Positions 47,859 to 62,268 of a stretch of DNA of 64,000 nt are shown here, in pieces. The DNA is taken from NCBI GenBank assembly GCA_958009085.1, contig OY253670.1, positions 62,001-126,000 of the forward strand, read 5' to 3'. The DNA is from Protoeuglena noctilucae. Taxonomy: Eukaryota. How positions within the stretch are numbered: position 1 is the first letter of the stretch; the number at the start of each line of letters is the position of its first letter. The notes below the pieces were generated by a model. It was not told the origin of the DNA. It was given only the letters and a program-made list of their open reading frames with translations, and searched no databases. The translations under genes were made by a program, and so were the position numbers.

Positions 47859-50800
47859 TCACTGGGGCGGAACCGATGCCTCTCGCGCCTCTTGCGCCTC
47901 CTCGCTCCCCGCGTCTGCGTCCCCTGACCCCTGGCCCGGCGCAGGCTGAGCCGACGGCCGCTGCCGGCCCACCATGACACCGACCCGCGCCGTGCCGGGG
48001 GCGACGTCTTCTGATGCGACCCCTGCGCGGCTGTTCATCGTCGAAGGGTCCAAGCGGCCCCCGCCTGCGCGCTGCCTGCCCACTCCCACGCCCTGGACAG
48101 CGGCGAGCGCGGGCGCTTTTCGCGACGGACCTGCTTGCCCAGGTTTGCCCCCATCAACTGACTGCGTGGCAGGGGCGGGAATGGACGTGTGAAGGTCATG
48201 GCGTGGGACAAACGTGCTGCCATCGCCAGGGAAAGAGCAAAGCGACCTGGCCAATGCCATTCGGCACGAACAGCATCTCTCTCCTCCCACGCTTTCCCCC
48301 AACCACTCATGTCGCACTATCGGCCTGCCCACACCAGCCCCGCCGCCCTCACCTGCCCCCCCTCTGGCTCCACCATCATGGCCCTCCGCTGCCTCCTCAG
48401 TCTCTTCTTGGTATCCTCCCAGTCGCCGCCCACCACAAACGACTCCAGCTGCCCCGCCACCCGCGTCGGCACCCGCGCCTTGATCCACGTCCCCTCCGCA
48501 CGGTAGTCCTCCACCTGAATGCTCCCTGCAGCAAACACGGGTGTTTGACTAAGAGAATATGCGACGTGTGCGTGCAAGTCGCCACGCCTGGGCCATTTGG
48601 GACCCCACGTGTGAGGACATGTGGGCCAGACTGCGCTGTGGTCACCCGGTCCCCTCAGTGTAGTGCGGTATCACCTGACACTCCCCGCCACCCCCAGTCC
48701 CTCACCCGCTTCGTGCAGCTCTGCCACCACGTCCCCCCGGTCGTAGGGCACCAGCATCTCGCAGTCCACGGTGCTGTCATTAAGGCGCTCCTCCACGGCC
48801 GCCATCAGCGCGGGCAGGTTGGTGCCCTGGAGGCAGAGCACGAAGCACGATGGGATTTGTGGGTGGATGTTCTGGCCGTGACACACTCAGGGCAGCGCCG
48901 CTGAGCAGTCTAGCACGAGGGGTGTATGCCGACATCAAGCGTGGCAGGGTGTGGCAGAGTGACCGTCCATGTGATGACTCGCCTGTGATGCGCTGACGGC
49001 CACCACGTCCTCCCTTCCCTTGGCCACCTCCATCACGGCGTCAGGGTCCGAGCACTGGTCCACCTGCGACGTGCAACACATGCATGCATGGTCAGTCACA
49101 TCTACCCAAACCCAGCCATCCGTCATCGAGTGATGGATGCCCCGGCTGTGCCCCATCCCTCGCCTTGTTCCACACGGTCAGCACGGGTATGCCCTCCACC
49201 TCCAGCTGGCCCAGCACCCCCATGACCGCCTGTGTCTGGGCGGCTGCCATGGGGGATGATACGTCCACCACGTGCTGAGGGGAGCGAAGCGGTGGGTGGG
49301 AAGGTCGATTGCTATGTAGAAACGAGCGTTGACAGGATGACAGCAACCTCCCTTACCCTCCCTCGCTCCATCTCACCAGCAGCAGGTCGCTCATCTCCCT
49401 CACCTCCACCCACTCCCACTCACCAGCAGCAGGTCGCTCTCCTCGACTTCCTCGAGCGTGGCGCGGAAGCTCGCCACCAGCTGCGTCGGCAGCTTCTGGA
49501 TGAAGCCCACCGTGTCTGTCACCAGCGCGACCTTGCCGGACGGGAGGGGCACGCGGCGCGTGGTGGGGTCCAGGGTGGCAAACAGCATGTCCTGGGCAAA
49601 CACGGCCTCAGAGCCACTGCGGGTGATTTGAAAGACAAAGATGGATGAGGAAGCTCCACGGCACGCAGGCACAGCGACACCAGTCACTGCGAGGGTATCT
49701 ATCCCAGCGCGCTGCAAAGCCAGGTCTACTCGCCTGAGGGCGTTGAGGAGCGTCGACTTGCCCGCGTTGGTGTACCCTACGAGCGCCACCACGGGCATGC
49801 CCTTCTCCTCCCTCCGCCGCCGGTGCTGCTTACGGTGCTGCCGGACCAGGTCCAACTCCTTGCGCAGCCCAGACATCTGCGGGCCGGGCATGGGCATTGT
49901 AGTTGCACTCGCGAGGCGGCTCGCCAGTGCACGCGCGCATGCAGCCGACCAATCTAGCATAGATACCATGTGTAAAGTCACGGACTCGTGACCATGGTTT
50001 CTGACACCTCAGTCGTTGCTACTCGCCTTGGACTTGATGATCCGACGGTCCACCTCGATCTGCTTCTCTCCCATGCCCTTGACCTGACCCGCGCCACTGC
50101 AGAGACGATAGAAATGGAGTTATTCTGCATGCGCTTGCTTTCCATGAAACGCCGGCCTGTGCGTGGTAGCCAAGGGACAGCCCCATCTGCATGGCACGCA
50201 GCCACCCTCGCCTCTGTCGCTCCAGGTGCGTCCACATGCGCGTGAGTCGCGGCAGCTGGTACTCCATCTGCGCCAACTCCACCTGCGCGGCGCAGAGAGC
50301 GCAGAGAGGCTCACGAACAACGACAGAAGGACCGAGTACCGCCACGTCCCAACCTGCAACTGGCATTCCCACGTCGGGACTGGGGCCCAGGAGCAAGAGC
50401 TTCTAGCAAATCTCCTCCTATCTAGCCCCCTCCATTCTGCCCTCCTCGCCTGCAGCTGCCCCTCCCTCGTGGCCGCCCTCTGGCTGAAGATGTCGAGGAT
50501 GAGGGCCGTGCGGTCGCACACCCGCACGTCGTCCCCCAGCTCCTTCTCCAGGCTCCGCAGCTGCGCGGGGGACAGCTCGTCATCGAAAATGACCGTCTCG
50601 ATGCCCAGTGCATCCACTTGGGTGGCAATCTCCACCACCTTGCCCGAGCCAATGTACGTGCGGGGGTTGGGGCGCTCCAGGACCTGGTATGTCGACCCGG
50701 CCACCTGTGCAGGCGCGAAAGAGCAAAGGGGTGTTTGCTATCGTAAGACCGCTTTGCTACCGCAAGACCGCCGTACCAAACAGAGGCCTTTGTCACCCGC

Positions 50801-51483
50801 CAAGCCAAAACGCACCTCGAGCCCCGCGGCACGGGACAGCCGGCCGAGCTCCTCCAGGCTCTCCTCGATGCCGTAGCCGTAAACGTCCACCTGCCCCTTC
50901 TCGCACACGCCCACCAAGAAGACGCGCTCCTTCCCCGATCGGCGCTCGTACCTGCGCATGCGATGCTCATGACCTGAGGGTCGGGCATGCCGGCGCGCTT
51001 CGCTGCTGCTACCAGAAAACATCACTGTTTACGGTAGTCGCACCTGTGCGTGGGCTTGGCGGGCTTGGACGCGGCCTTGGCTTGCGCCAATGCAGCGGGG
51101 CTTTGAATCACGGCATCTGCGCGGGCGGGAGTCGGGCGGGGTCGCCGGCAAGCGAGCGAACAGAGCATCGTCGGAAGCGCCCATCGCGGCGCACCACGGC
51201 CCGCCATCGCTGCTGCGCGGGCAGGGAGACACGCACCAAACTGCGCGAGCCAGTCATCGTCGTCTGCGGACGAGGTCGTCGCCGGGGGCGAGCGCGGCGC
51301 GGGGAAGTCGGCGGGCGGTTCCGGCGTCTCGCGTCCCAGGTCAGCGGGGACGTCCCACGGTCGCTTGGCCTGGCCTGGCACGTAGTTCGGGTCTGCGCGC
51401 GGCTGAACCCCGCCCCTGGGCCGAGCGCCTGCGTGCGACACCGCGCCAGACGCCCACTTGCTCAATACACCGCGCAAACACAT
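47859..51483 (-). CDS. hflX: HflX ribosome-associated GTPase, organelle-targeted
   Basis: [80 protein letters not shown]. Confidence 0.95.
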
Positions 51484-52030
51484 TTCTGCAGGCTTTCAGG
51501 ACGTCGCTCGCCGGCCCGGCAGCGAAACCATGCCGTCTCCGCACCTGCTCGGGCTCCAGCACAGCGCGCGGGGTCCGCCGGCCAGGACGGCCGGCAGCGT
51601 ACTAGCAGCAAAGCCATGGAGCTGTGGGAGACTGAGGAAAGCACAGCAGATGGTGAAAACGCTCGGGGGGCTCCCAAATCACGTTTGACTCACAGCCGTC
51701 ACCGGCGAGTATTTGGAATAGGACACTTAGAGTATCAGCTTCGTCAGGGAAGCGCTTGGTGTCGCTTTCTGGCTCAGAACGCCGTGTCGATCCAAGCGAG
51801 CGTGTTTCGCAGATATGCTGCACTTGGCAGTCTCTTGTTTGCTGTCACATCGTCGTGGCTCAGGAGACGCGCGGCCACGAGCCTGCGGTGCGTCGCTAGG
51901 GGCAAGGGGAGGGGAAAAGACACAGTTAGCTAGCGTGCCATCCCTGCACTCAAAGCGTACGAGACCTGGCGACTGTAGTCGCTTAAGATAACTTCTTGTT
52001 GCTGGAGCGGACATACGGTGTGGAGACCCC

Positions 52031-53357
52031 ATGGTTGCGCCGTGCCAGGAGCAGTGCGTGGAGGACGAGGCGAGGCCGCGTCGGGGCTGGGCTGACCTCG
52101 CCCTGCTCCCGCACTGCATGTGAGCCATCATGAGGCACATTTACAGCGTGGCGCATCCTACTTTGCTTTCCAGGCCCGCCGGGCGTTCGACGCGGGGGAC
52201 CTGCCCACCGCCATCGCTTGCTACTCGTCGCTGATTGATGTCTACAATGGCAACGCCAGCGAAGGCGCGCCAGAACATGAGGAGAAGCTGGCGAAGTGGC
52301 TCACGAACCGCAGCATGCTTCGAGGGAGGGCGGGGGACCTGCAGGGCTCCCTCGCAGATGCCGAGGCAGCGCTGCGGCTCGACCCCGACAGGCTCAAGGC
52401 TCACTACAGGTACGCAAAGCTGCGTCTGCGCGCGGCCATGGGCGAGCGCTACCCGCTGCAGCCGGCCAACGGGGGCCTCACCTGTGTCGCCCTGCGCAGG
52501 CGAGCGAGCGCTCTGCTGGCCCTGGGCCGCGAAGCAGAGGCGCGGGAGGCGGTCGCGGAGGCTGAGTCCCGCGGCCTGGACACGTCCGGCATCGCATCGG
52601 CTCTCGCCTCAATCGGTCGCCGTGGGTTCCGAGAGGGCCGCATCACGGGGGAGCTGCCCTCCACTCGAGAGTGCTCCACAAGCCAGGCCACCGAGAGCCA
52701 CGAAACAGGAACCGCGCGGTTTTCTCGCCCTGCCGCTGGGCTCACGCCCGGCTGCTCGCCCCCCTTGGGCTGGGCGATGGGTGCCTGGACCGAGCGCGGC
52801 CCTGGTCGCTGGCGTGCGGGCAGGGTGGACTTCGCCGCGATTCTGCGCGAACGGGTGCCGGACGACGCGTGCCGACCGGTCCGGGGAGTGGGAGCGGGGC
52901 TCGGGAAGCAGCCAGCCGCGGGCGGGGACGGCCACGTGGATTTCACACCCGCGGCGGTCAGGGGGATGGAGGGTTCCGAGATGTCCAAGCATCTTGCGAT
53001 CCTTGGCTTGAGCGTCGAGTCTCTGCAGCACTTGGAAGGCGCCCAGCGACAGGCCATGGTGAGTAGCAGGGGCGTTGCTGTTGCCACAGCGCTGCTGGGC
53101 TGCAAGCGATGCCGCATTCCTCACAACCCATGCAGGTGCGGCGCGCCTTCTTGAAGAGTGCGGCGCTCGTCCATCCCGACAAGGGCGGCACCGAGGCTGC
53201 CTTCCATGCCGCGAGGGCAGCCTACGACTTTCTTGTAAAGGCAAGGGGGGCTTGCTCCTGGAGTGGCTGGGGCCCCCCAACGCGCAACAACATGCAGCAT
53301 GCTTAAGCTCTCGTAACGTTTGCGCCACTTTTGTCGCAGGCGCTCACGAGGCCATGA
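52031..53357 (+). CDS. TPR repeats + C-terminal J-domain co-chaperone
   Basis: AIACYSSLI...NRS...SLADAEAALRLDPDRLKAHYRRASAL (TPRs); VRRAFLKSAALVHPDKGGTEAAF (HPD motif). Confidence 0.82.
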
Positions 53358-53557
53358 CGGTGGGTGTCGTTGTGTGACCTGATGCACACTGGACGTCCTG
53401 TTCAACCCCACCACATTATCCCCACCAGGCGTCCTGCCCAGCTCCCCCGCCGCGGCAGGGGGGCGTGGGCCGGCGGTCCCCAACACGAGTGAGCAATCAT
53501 GCATGCCTCGGCAGGCGGCTCAAGCCGCCACCATGGCTATCGCCCCGGGCGGGCTGC

Positions 53558-54604
<1,047 letters not shown>

Positions 54605-54843
54605 TTAAGCGTGCGGAAGCGTCCGAAGCTGGGGGCAGCGGATGGTTTCAGGAAGGTGGGGGCTCGGCGGCCGGACGGAAGGCCTGGCCGTCCGCCCGAC
54701 CAGCTCCAGTCAGGGGGGTTTCTCCCCGGCCACACGCGATTCCAGCCGCCTCTTGCTCCCTAACTGCACTCCGACGAACACATTCAATCGCTGAAACACG
54801 CAGCGCGGATGCCCGGCCGCCGAGAGGGCGCATCGCGCACGCA

Positions 54844-56246
54844 TCAGCCCTCGGCCCCCAGGCGCTCCAGCATGTCCGATTCGGACAGCCCGATGCGATA
54901 CGACTCCACCACGGCCATGTTCCTGCTCCTTCCCAACTCCTCCACGACCCTGCACGCCCAGGGGACATCCGGATGGTCTCCCCGGCGTCATTGTTCGTCT
55001 GCGCCGCGAGATCTGAGGGAGGCGCTCACCTCAGGACGTCCTCCAGCGCCCCCGCCCGGCGAGTGAGGATGTTGCACGCCACCTCGATGCGCCCCGCATG
55101 CGGGAGTGCCATGGCTTCCACCCCCTCCACCCCGCCGCCCCGCTCGGAGACTGCCCTCGCTATCGCCCTCGCCTCCCTGCGCGCTAACCACCGAGGCTTC
55201 GCGTCACACTGCAGTCAGTGCGCTGCACATGCTGCCTCCCATCGGCCCCCATGTCGTCCTGTAACCTCGCTCACACCTGAGGTCCCCTCCCTCGAGTGCC
55301 ACGTTGAAGTTGGTGACCCACGGCGTCGCCCCAATGGTCGCGACGCCCAGCCTGGGATGAGCCTCGGCCGGGCCCGAATCACGTGCAATACTGGCACCCT
55401 CTTTGGTGGAGGGCCCCTCCCACACACCGGAGGACGCGCCTCGAAAGTAGCCCAGCTGCCGGCGGACGTCCCTCAGCAGCCTGCCGTCCCTGTGGCGGCA
55501 GAGTCTCACAAGGGCAATCATGCACCTGCGTGGGTACACACCAAGCATTTGCAGGGGCCGATGACGCACCGCGAGGCGTGCCCGTAGTAGTACACCGGCA
55601 CGCCGAGGGCCGCCACGGCGTCGCCCACCCCCCTCGCCACGCGCACCGCCTCCTCCATGGGCGTCGCCGACCCCAGGGGATGGCACGACACATGGTCGAC
55701 GACGCCGAGCCTGCGAGGCCGCATGGGGACGGTAGAGGTGGTGAGCGAGAGAATCGCTGTGCTCAAGGCAGCTCCTGGCGATGACCCATCAACGCCCAGG
55801 GCCGCCCTCGCCTCGGGTGGGTGGCCCGGTGCTGGCGGATGTCGAGCAAAGCGCACGCCTCCCGGGCGAGGTTGGCGGCCGCCTCCGCGAGAGCAGAGCT
55901 GGATCGGCTGATCAAGGTGTAGCCGGTCCGGCCATACGCCGCATCGGCCAGGGTGTGCGGGTGGAGCACTGAGGAGGAACAAGAGGCTTCCACTGATAAG
56001 CGGTTTGTGAGCAACAACCGCGCGGCGATGTGGCCCTGCCGACACATCCATGGCGATCATTCGACAACATTGATCTCAGAGGCCCAAACGATGCGCGTCC
56101 TCAGGTCGCAGGAGCACCAGCATGCGCGTGGGTGGCTTGCCTTGCGGGTGCGCTTGCGCGATGGCAGCGAGCTTGGCCAGGACCGCCTTCTCCACGCCCT
56201 CGCTGACGTACACGTTGCAAGCGATGCCCAGCGGCGCCCTGGCCAT
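54844..56246 (-). CDS. Glutamate formiminotransferase (FTCD N-terminal-type) protein
   Basis: CNVYVSEG, DAAYGRTGYTL, DIRQHRATHPRLGVVDHVSCHPL, VPVYYYG, IGATPWVTNFNV, VEVACNIL. Confidence 0.88.
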
Positions 56247-56455
56247 GTCGAGACGTTGATGAGGTAGAAAATGGATCGTGAGGCCGCGTGTTCAACAGCT
56301 TGTTAGCACATGATGACGATGGTCGAGCCTGTGTGCCGCCACAAGATGTTTCGCTGGCACGCATGACTTGTCTTCAGCGCCCATCGTGCCCCTCACGCCA
56401 CTCTGGCCATCTAGTTTCCATCCTTCAGTTCCAGTTAGCATCGCCAAAGAACAAC

Positions 56456-57647
56456 ATGCCGTTCGACCTCCCCAGCCTTCCCTACGGTGCGGCGCATGCA
56501 GGCGGTTGGTCATTGGTCCAGCCAGGCGATAGTGGAGGCTGCGCGCCTGATCGGCGAACAATTTGCAATCTAACCGTGCTCGCCGCGTGGCTTCGATCGG
56601 TCTTAGCCTTCCTGGGCGCGCGCCGGGCCCCCAACTGCATCGCCCTGTGCCCTCTCGCGCAGACTACGGGGCCCTGGAGCCCCATGTCGACGCGCAGACC
56701 ATGACGATTCACCACACGGGCCACCACAAGGCGCGCGAGGCCGCGCGTCCGCCCGCGTGGGCAGCAGCACCGGGAGGCCGCGCCTGTGCTGCCGGGATCA
56801 CGACTGGGCTCGGCAGCTGCAGCTGCCCTTCGTGCCGCAGGGCTACGTGTCTTTCGTCAACAAGGGCGTGGACCAGTCTTCGTCGCTCAAGGACTGCAGC
56901 CTGCTGGACATCGTGCGCAAGGTGGGGACGGGCGACCTGCCCGGCGACGTGGAGAAGCTCCTGCGCGACAACGCGGGCGGGCACTGGAACCACAGCTTCT
57001 TCTGGAAGATCATGTGCCGCCCGAGCGACACGAGCGGCCCCGGCGGGGACCTGAAGAAAAAGATCGAGGAAGACTTCGGGTCCGTGGATGCGATGCGAGA
57101 GCAGTTCAACGCCCGGGCCGCGGGGCGCTTCGGGTCCGGCTGGGCCTGGCTCGGGCTGGCCAAGGATAACAAGCTCATCGTCTGCGACACCATGAACCAG
57201 GCGAGGAGTCGATCGGCCATGACTGGAGTGACGGGCAGGCGAGGGATGCGGTGTGTTTGCTGAGAGAACGCTGCTAGCGCTGATGCATCCTGCTGCGTGC
57301 AGGACAACCCCCTGATGTCTCTGGCGGAGACCCCCTGCATCCCGATCCTGGGCCTCGACGTCTGGGAGCACGCCTACTACCTCAAGTACCAGGCAAGTGA
57401 TGAATGCTGGTGAATGTTTCGAGTGTAAGGCGAGCGATGGTTTTGGCCAACTCGCCACCTGCATCCACGACAATCACCACTACGTCACCCTGCCTCATCT
57501 GTGGCTCACCACAGCGTCACGTGTTCGTGTCTCTCGCAGAACCGCCGAGCCGAGTACATCCAGGCCTGGTGGAACGTGGTGAACTGGGAGAGGGCGGAGG
57601 AGAACCTCAAGGCTGCGCACGACGGGGTGGTGGCCGAGGTGGTGTGA
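56456..57647 (+). CDS. MSD: Mn superoxide dismutase
   Basis: [11 protein letters not shown]...[47 protein letters not shown] and NQD signatures favour Mn over Fe. Confidence 0.95.
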
Positions 57648-58010
57648 GCGGTGCTGACATGAGGTGGTGTCGACTGATGGGGCCGGGGGTGCGCGGCACC
57701 AACAGCAGGCGTACATGAGCTAAGTGAAATGCATGGCGCGTTGTGCGGCAGGGAGTCATTGTGTACATCAGCCTTCACGCTGCGCTGTGGCACTGCTTGT
57801 GCGAGCATTCTATCGCCAAGCCACGTAGTAGCGAGCTTTCAACAGAGCACGTTTCAGACTACTACTACCCTAGTGTGCGTGTGTGCGTGTGCGTGTACGT
57901 GTGTGTGTATCTAGCGGTGTATTGTGTCAAAATCGCGCAGCGATGGCAGGCAACAGGCGCAATGCACCACTCACATCGCCCCAGCATGTTCATGTTCGCG
58001 TCGCATATGC

Positions 58011-61000
58011 TCACATCCCTGCCCTCAGCTGCTGGTTCTCGGCGACCAGCTGCTGCACCAGTCCCTCCAGGTCCATCTGCCGCCTTTCCAGCTGCGACTG
58101 GGCCAGCTTGGCCGCCCTGGCCTCCGACGCGTTGCGCGCCAGGAGCTCCTTGTTGGCTCGCTCGGCCTGCACCATGCGTTTGCGCAGAGCCTTGACGTCC
58201 TCCGCCGCAGAGTAGTCCTGCTGCGACAGGTGGGACCAGGCGTCCCAGGAGGGAGCCGAGGGGCGCCTGCGAGGAGGGAGGTGGGTTGGTTGGTGGAATG
58301 GGATGCGAAACAGCACAGCCAGTTTGCATCTGCTAGTACAAAGACACAGTTCCTTCACACTCGCCTCTTCCTCGCCACGGCATGCACGGCGTCCAGCCCC
58401 GCGCGCCCGGGCCTGGGCCCCGCCCCCCGCCTGGCCTCGTTGGCCGGCCCCGCCGCGCTGACGGAGATGGACGGCAGCGACCCCTCGTGGATGGGCATCA
58501 TGCCCGGCCCCGCCCCCAGCAACGCCATCAGGTCGTCTCTCTCCCGCGTCAACACCGCCACCTCCTTGGACAGCTGAGGGGGGAGGGAGCAGGTGGGATT
58601 GTTGTACGATGCTTTGCCATCAGCACATGCTGCGATAGATCTGCTACCGCCTCTTTCACAAAGCTAACAGTTAGACGGGCTGTTGCAGCGTGCACCATCC
58701 ATTGCTGCTCGTCAGGGGCCATCTCGCCTGGTACACGCGTTGCTTGAGCTTCGCCGCCGTCTCCTCCTCCTCCTTCGCTTCGCCCTCCTTGCCCTTCCCC
58801 ACCCCCTGCACCGCGCTCAGCCGCTCCGCTAGGTCCGCATTCTGGCGCTGCAGGTCCGACGCACGCTGCTCAGCACGCTGGGCGCGGATCTGAGAGGGGA
58901 GGGACGGGGAGCGAGATGAGGTGGTGGCGGCAGTGCATGAAGAAGCGACTGCAGATGCACCGAAGTAGTGAATGCATTCACTACTCCGACTGTGCTGGCC
59001 ACAAGCGTTGCTTTGGAAGTGCATGCGAGACGCACCTCATGTACCCTCCTCATGCCGTCATGAGCACAAGCAGCACGTGGCAAACATCCAAACCCTACCC
59101 CCTCTATCGCGCTCTCACCTCCGCTTCCCTGGCCGCCCGCACCGCCGCGCTCCCGAACAGGGCCGGCGACACGCCCCCTCCCGCGTCCATCGCGGCCAGT
59201 CCCACGTACTGCTGCAGCTTCCCACGCAGACTGGCGATCTCCGCGGTCTTGGCCTCGATCTCTCCCTTCATGCGACGCTGCAGGCCCTTGAACTTCTCCT
59301 CCAGGGACTGCAGAAGGTACCAGGGTGGGGTCTATTCATCAGCAATGACTGCATGACATGACTAGCACAGAATAGCATGACTAGCATTATGTGAATACTA
59401 CAGAGCCGCTTGTTGTGCCATAGGCCAGCGCCCATCCCACAACCCCTATCTGCTGGGCTCACCTGGGCGTACTGCAGGCTGGCCGCCCCCAGCGCCGCGG
59501 CGTTGGGTCCCGGGAGCGCGGCGGGGTTGATGCCGGCCCGCTGCGCCATCTCGTTGCGCTGGTGCGTCACGAAGGCCAGCTCCTCCCTGGCCTGGGCCAG
59601 GAGACGCGAGGTGGCCACGAACTCGTCCTCAGAGGCCTGCAGTGGTTACAGGTAAGAGTAGTAGGGAACAGTTGAGAAGTGTCTTGGTATGATAGCAAGA
59701 CGCGTGCTTTGATGGATGCATGTCGAACCTCATCGACCATCAGGCTGTCGCGATGGACGTTACCGTTGACAACAGTAACAAGCCAACATGCGTGTCCCAT
59801 GCCGCCACTCTCCCTCGGCTGCGTGCGTGTGCAGATCCCCAGTCACCTGCGCCTCCTGCAGGTCCCCCAGCAGCGTCCGGTTCCTTTCCTCCACCTCGGC
59901 CATCACCGCCAACGCCGCCGCATGCTGACGCTGCAGCGACGCCAGCTCCGACGACACCACCGCCACCCCCTCCGCCGCCTCCTGCGCCCGCGCCGCCAGC
60001 GTCGTCGCCTCGGGGCTCTTTCCACCCACCAGGTTCTCAATCACGCCCAGGCTCTCCCCCACCGACCGCGCCTCCTTGGCCCACGACTCGGCGTGGGCCG
60101 CGCGGCGACCCTCGCGCCCCGCCCCCGCCTGCGCCGCCGCCACCCGCCCCCGCAGCTCGTCCCGCTCCGCCCGCATCACCCGCACCCACTGCACCACCTC
60201 CCCGGGCGGCGCCTCAAACGACCCCGCGCCCACGCGGCCCAGGTGCACCACCCGGGAGATCTGAGCCAGGGCCTCCTTCGCCGTCAACTTCGTGCCCCGC
60301 TGCGCCGGCGCAGGCACCGAGAGGCCCTCGGGCGTCGCCGGGGCCGCCCCTGCGTGGTCAGGCGTGCGTGCCCCCGCCGCGCGCCACCGCTCGATCTGCA
60401 TCCGCAGAGACTCCGCCTCCGCCTCCAGCTCCGCGTTGCGCGCGCGCAGCTGCCGGTTCTCCGCCACCGCGTCCGTCGCCCGCAGTCGCTGCAGCTCCCG
60501 GGTCAGCTCGTGCACGGTGCGCTTAAAACGCCGGGCCTCCTCCGCGTCGCCCACCACCTGCATGAGAGTGCAGGAAACGGGACGATTGCATAGGCAGCAT
60601 GGCAAGCATAGGAGTGACTGAGTATCATGCAAGCTGTTATGGAGCAACGTGTCGGCAGCGTCGCACACACAGACAACAGCTTCCGTCCCAATGCACCCCC
60701 CCTCCCTCCTCGCCTCGTTGACTTGTACGGTGTTGGTGATGTTGGCGGCCCTCGCCGCGAACCGCAGCGTGTGGCTGGTCTCCTCGGCCGCGTCGTCCGC
60801 GGTGGAAATGCACGCGACGATCGCCGTGCGCGCGTTGCCCCCGATGGCCGGCCGCAGGATGCGCGTGAGCTTGCTGTTGCGGAAGGGCACGAACTCCCCC
60901 GCCTTCCCCTCCGACAGCTTCGAGATGACGTTGCCCAGCATCAGCAGCGACAGGTTGATCTGGGACGACTCCTTTGCTCGGTCGCCCTCGGAGCCGCTCT

Positions 61001-62076
61001 TGTCCAGGCGCTCGGACCCCGCCAGGTCCACGAAGTACACGACGCCCACGCGCAGGGGCGCGGACGGGTGGTGCGTCTCGACCGTGATGCGGAAGATGAC
61101 GTGGCTGCGGGAGGACTGCTCGTTGGCGCGCGTGCGGCCGACGGCCCTCGCCGCGTCGCCCCGCGCCAGCAGCGAGTGCATCGCGGCCGCGTCCTCCACC
61201 GACGCCTCGTAGAGGCCCTGGATGCGCGTCCCCGTCACGGGGTCCTCCGTCACCTTCAGCGGCACCCCCCGTGCGCTCAGCAAGTCCCTCAGCTCCTCGT
61301 TGTAGAGCTCCACCATGCCGACCTTGACCGCGTGGCGCGCGCCGTACCGCGCCTCCCGCTCCGCAATCATCTCGAACAGGTCCGAGGACGCCAGGGACAC
61401 CACCCCGGGGGACGCGGCCGTGCCCACGATCGTGTAGGTCTTGCCGGACCCGGTCTGGCTGCGGGTTGTGAGAAAGAGGGGTGCTAGTGTGGGAAGGAAG
61501 TGGTAGAGAAATGGCGAACAGTGAGCACGGGAGCATAGCTGGCTTGGTCAGGTGCTCGACTCACCCGTAGGCGAACACGGTGCCGTTGATGCCGTCGAGC
61601 GCTGCCTCGACGATGGGCCGCAGGGACCGCCGGTACACGTGGTGCGAGTTGTGCTCTGCGGTGAACACCTCGTCGAACTCAAACGTCACGGTGCGGGACT
61701 TGGGCTGGGCGCCGTAGAAGGCCGCGTCGTGCTTCAGTGCCACGTCCTGGCGGAGCTCCACGGTGCGGGCTGGGGGGGTGGGGAGGGGTGAGGTGACATG
61801 TGAGACGGAGTGATTGGCAGGGAAGGGAGCAGGGGGGTTACCGGGTGGGTGCGGGGGATGATGGAACAAAAGTGTGTCTAACCGCATTCCGCATCTCGAG
61901 CACACTCTGTCCTCACTGGCATTGGAGCACGTCCACGCCTCCTTGGCCCGTGACCGTCGGTCCAGCGGCCGCGCCCGCACCACCACGCGGATGCGCTCCT
62001 GGCCCACGGCGCTGGGACCGGGCTCAGGGATGGGCTCGAAGACAGTCGGATGCTGCGGGCGGGCGGGACAACTCAT
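58011..62076 (-). CDS. Kinesin motor (kinesin-7/CENP-E-like) with coiled-coil tail; probably the 3' part of a fusion with the upstream WW exons
   Basis: RIRVVVRARPL, GINGTVFAYGQTGSGKTYT, ELYNEELRDLL, NEQSSRSH, DLAGSER, VPFRNSKLTRIL, GGNART. Confidence 0.93.
58964..58985. repeat. 22-bp perfect palindrome in a kinesin intron
   Basis: AGTAGTGAATGCATTCACTACT equals its own reverse complement. Confidence 0.9.
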
Positions 62077-62268
62077 GGTTGGTGAAATGCGACATGCGAC
62101 ACTTTATGGTTGGACAATTGATGGGTCATCGGACGCAAGAGACGAGCCAAGCAGTTGCTACCAGACGCCATCTGCGCGCTGGCACCCTACCAAGCGCCAA
62201 ACGCCCCACTTGCCCTGCAACACGCGCCGCTACCACCGACGCCACCCCCCCAGCAGACCCCGCCTCAC

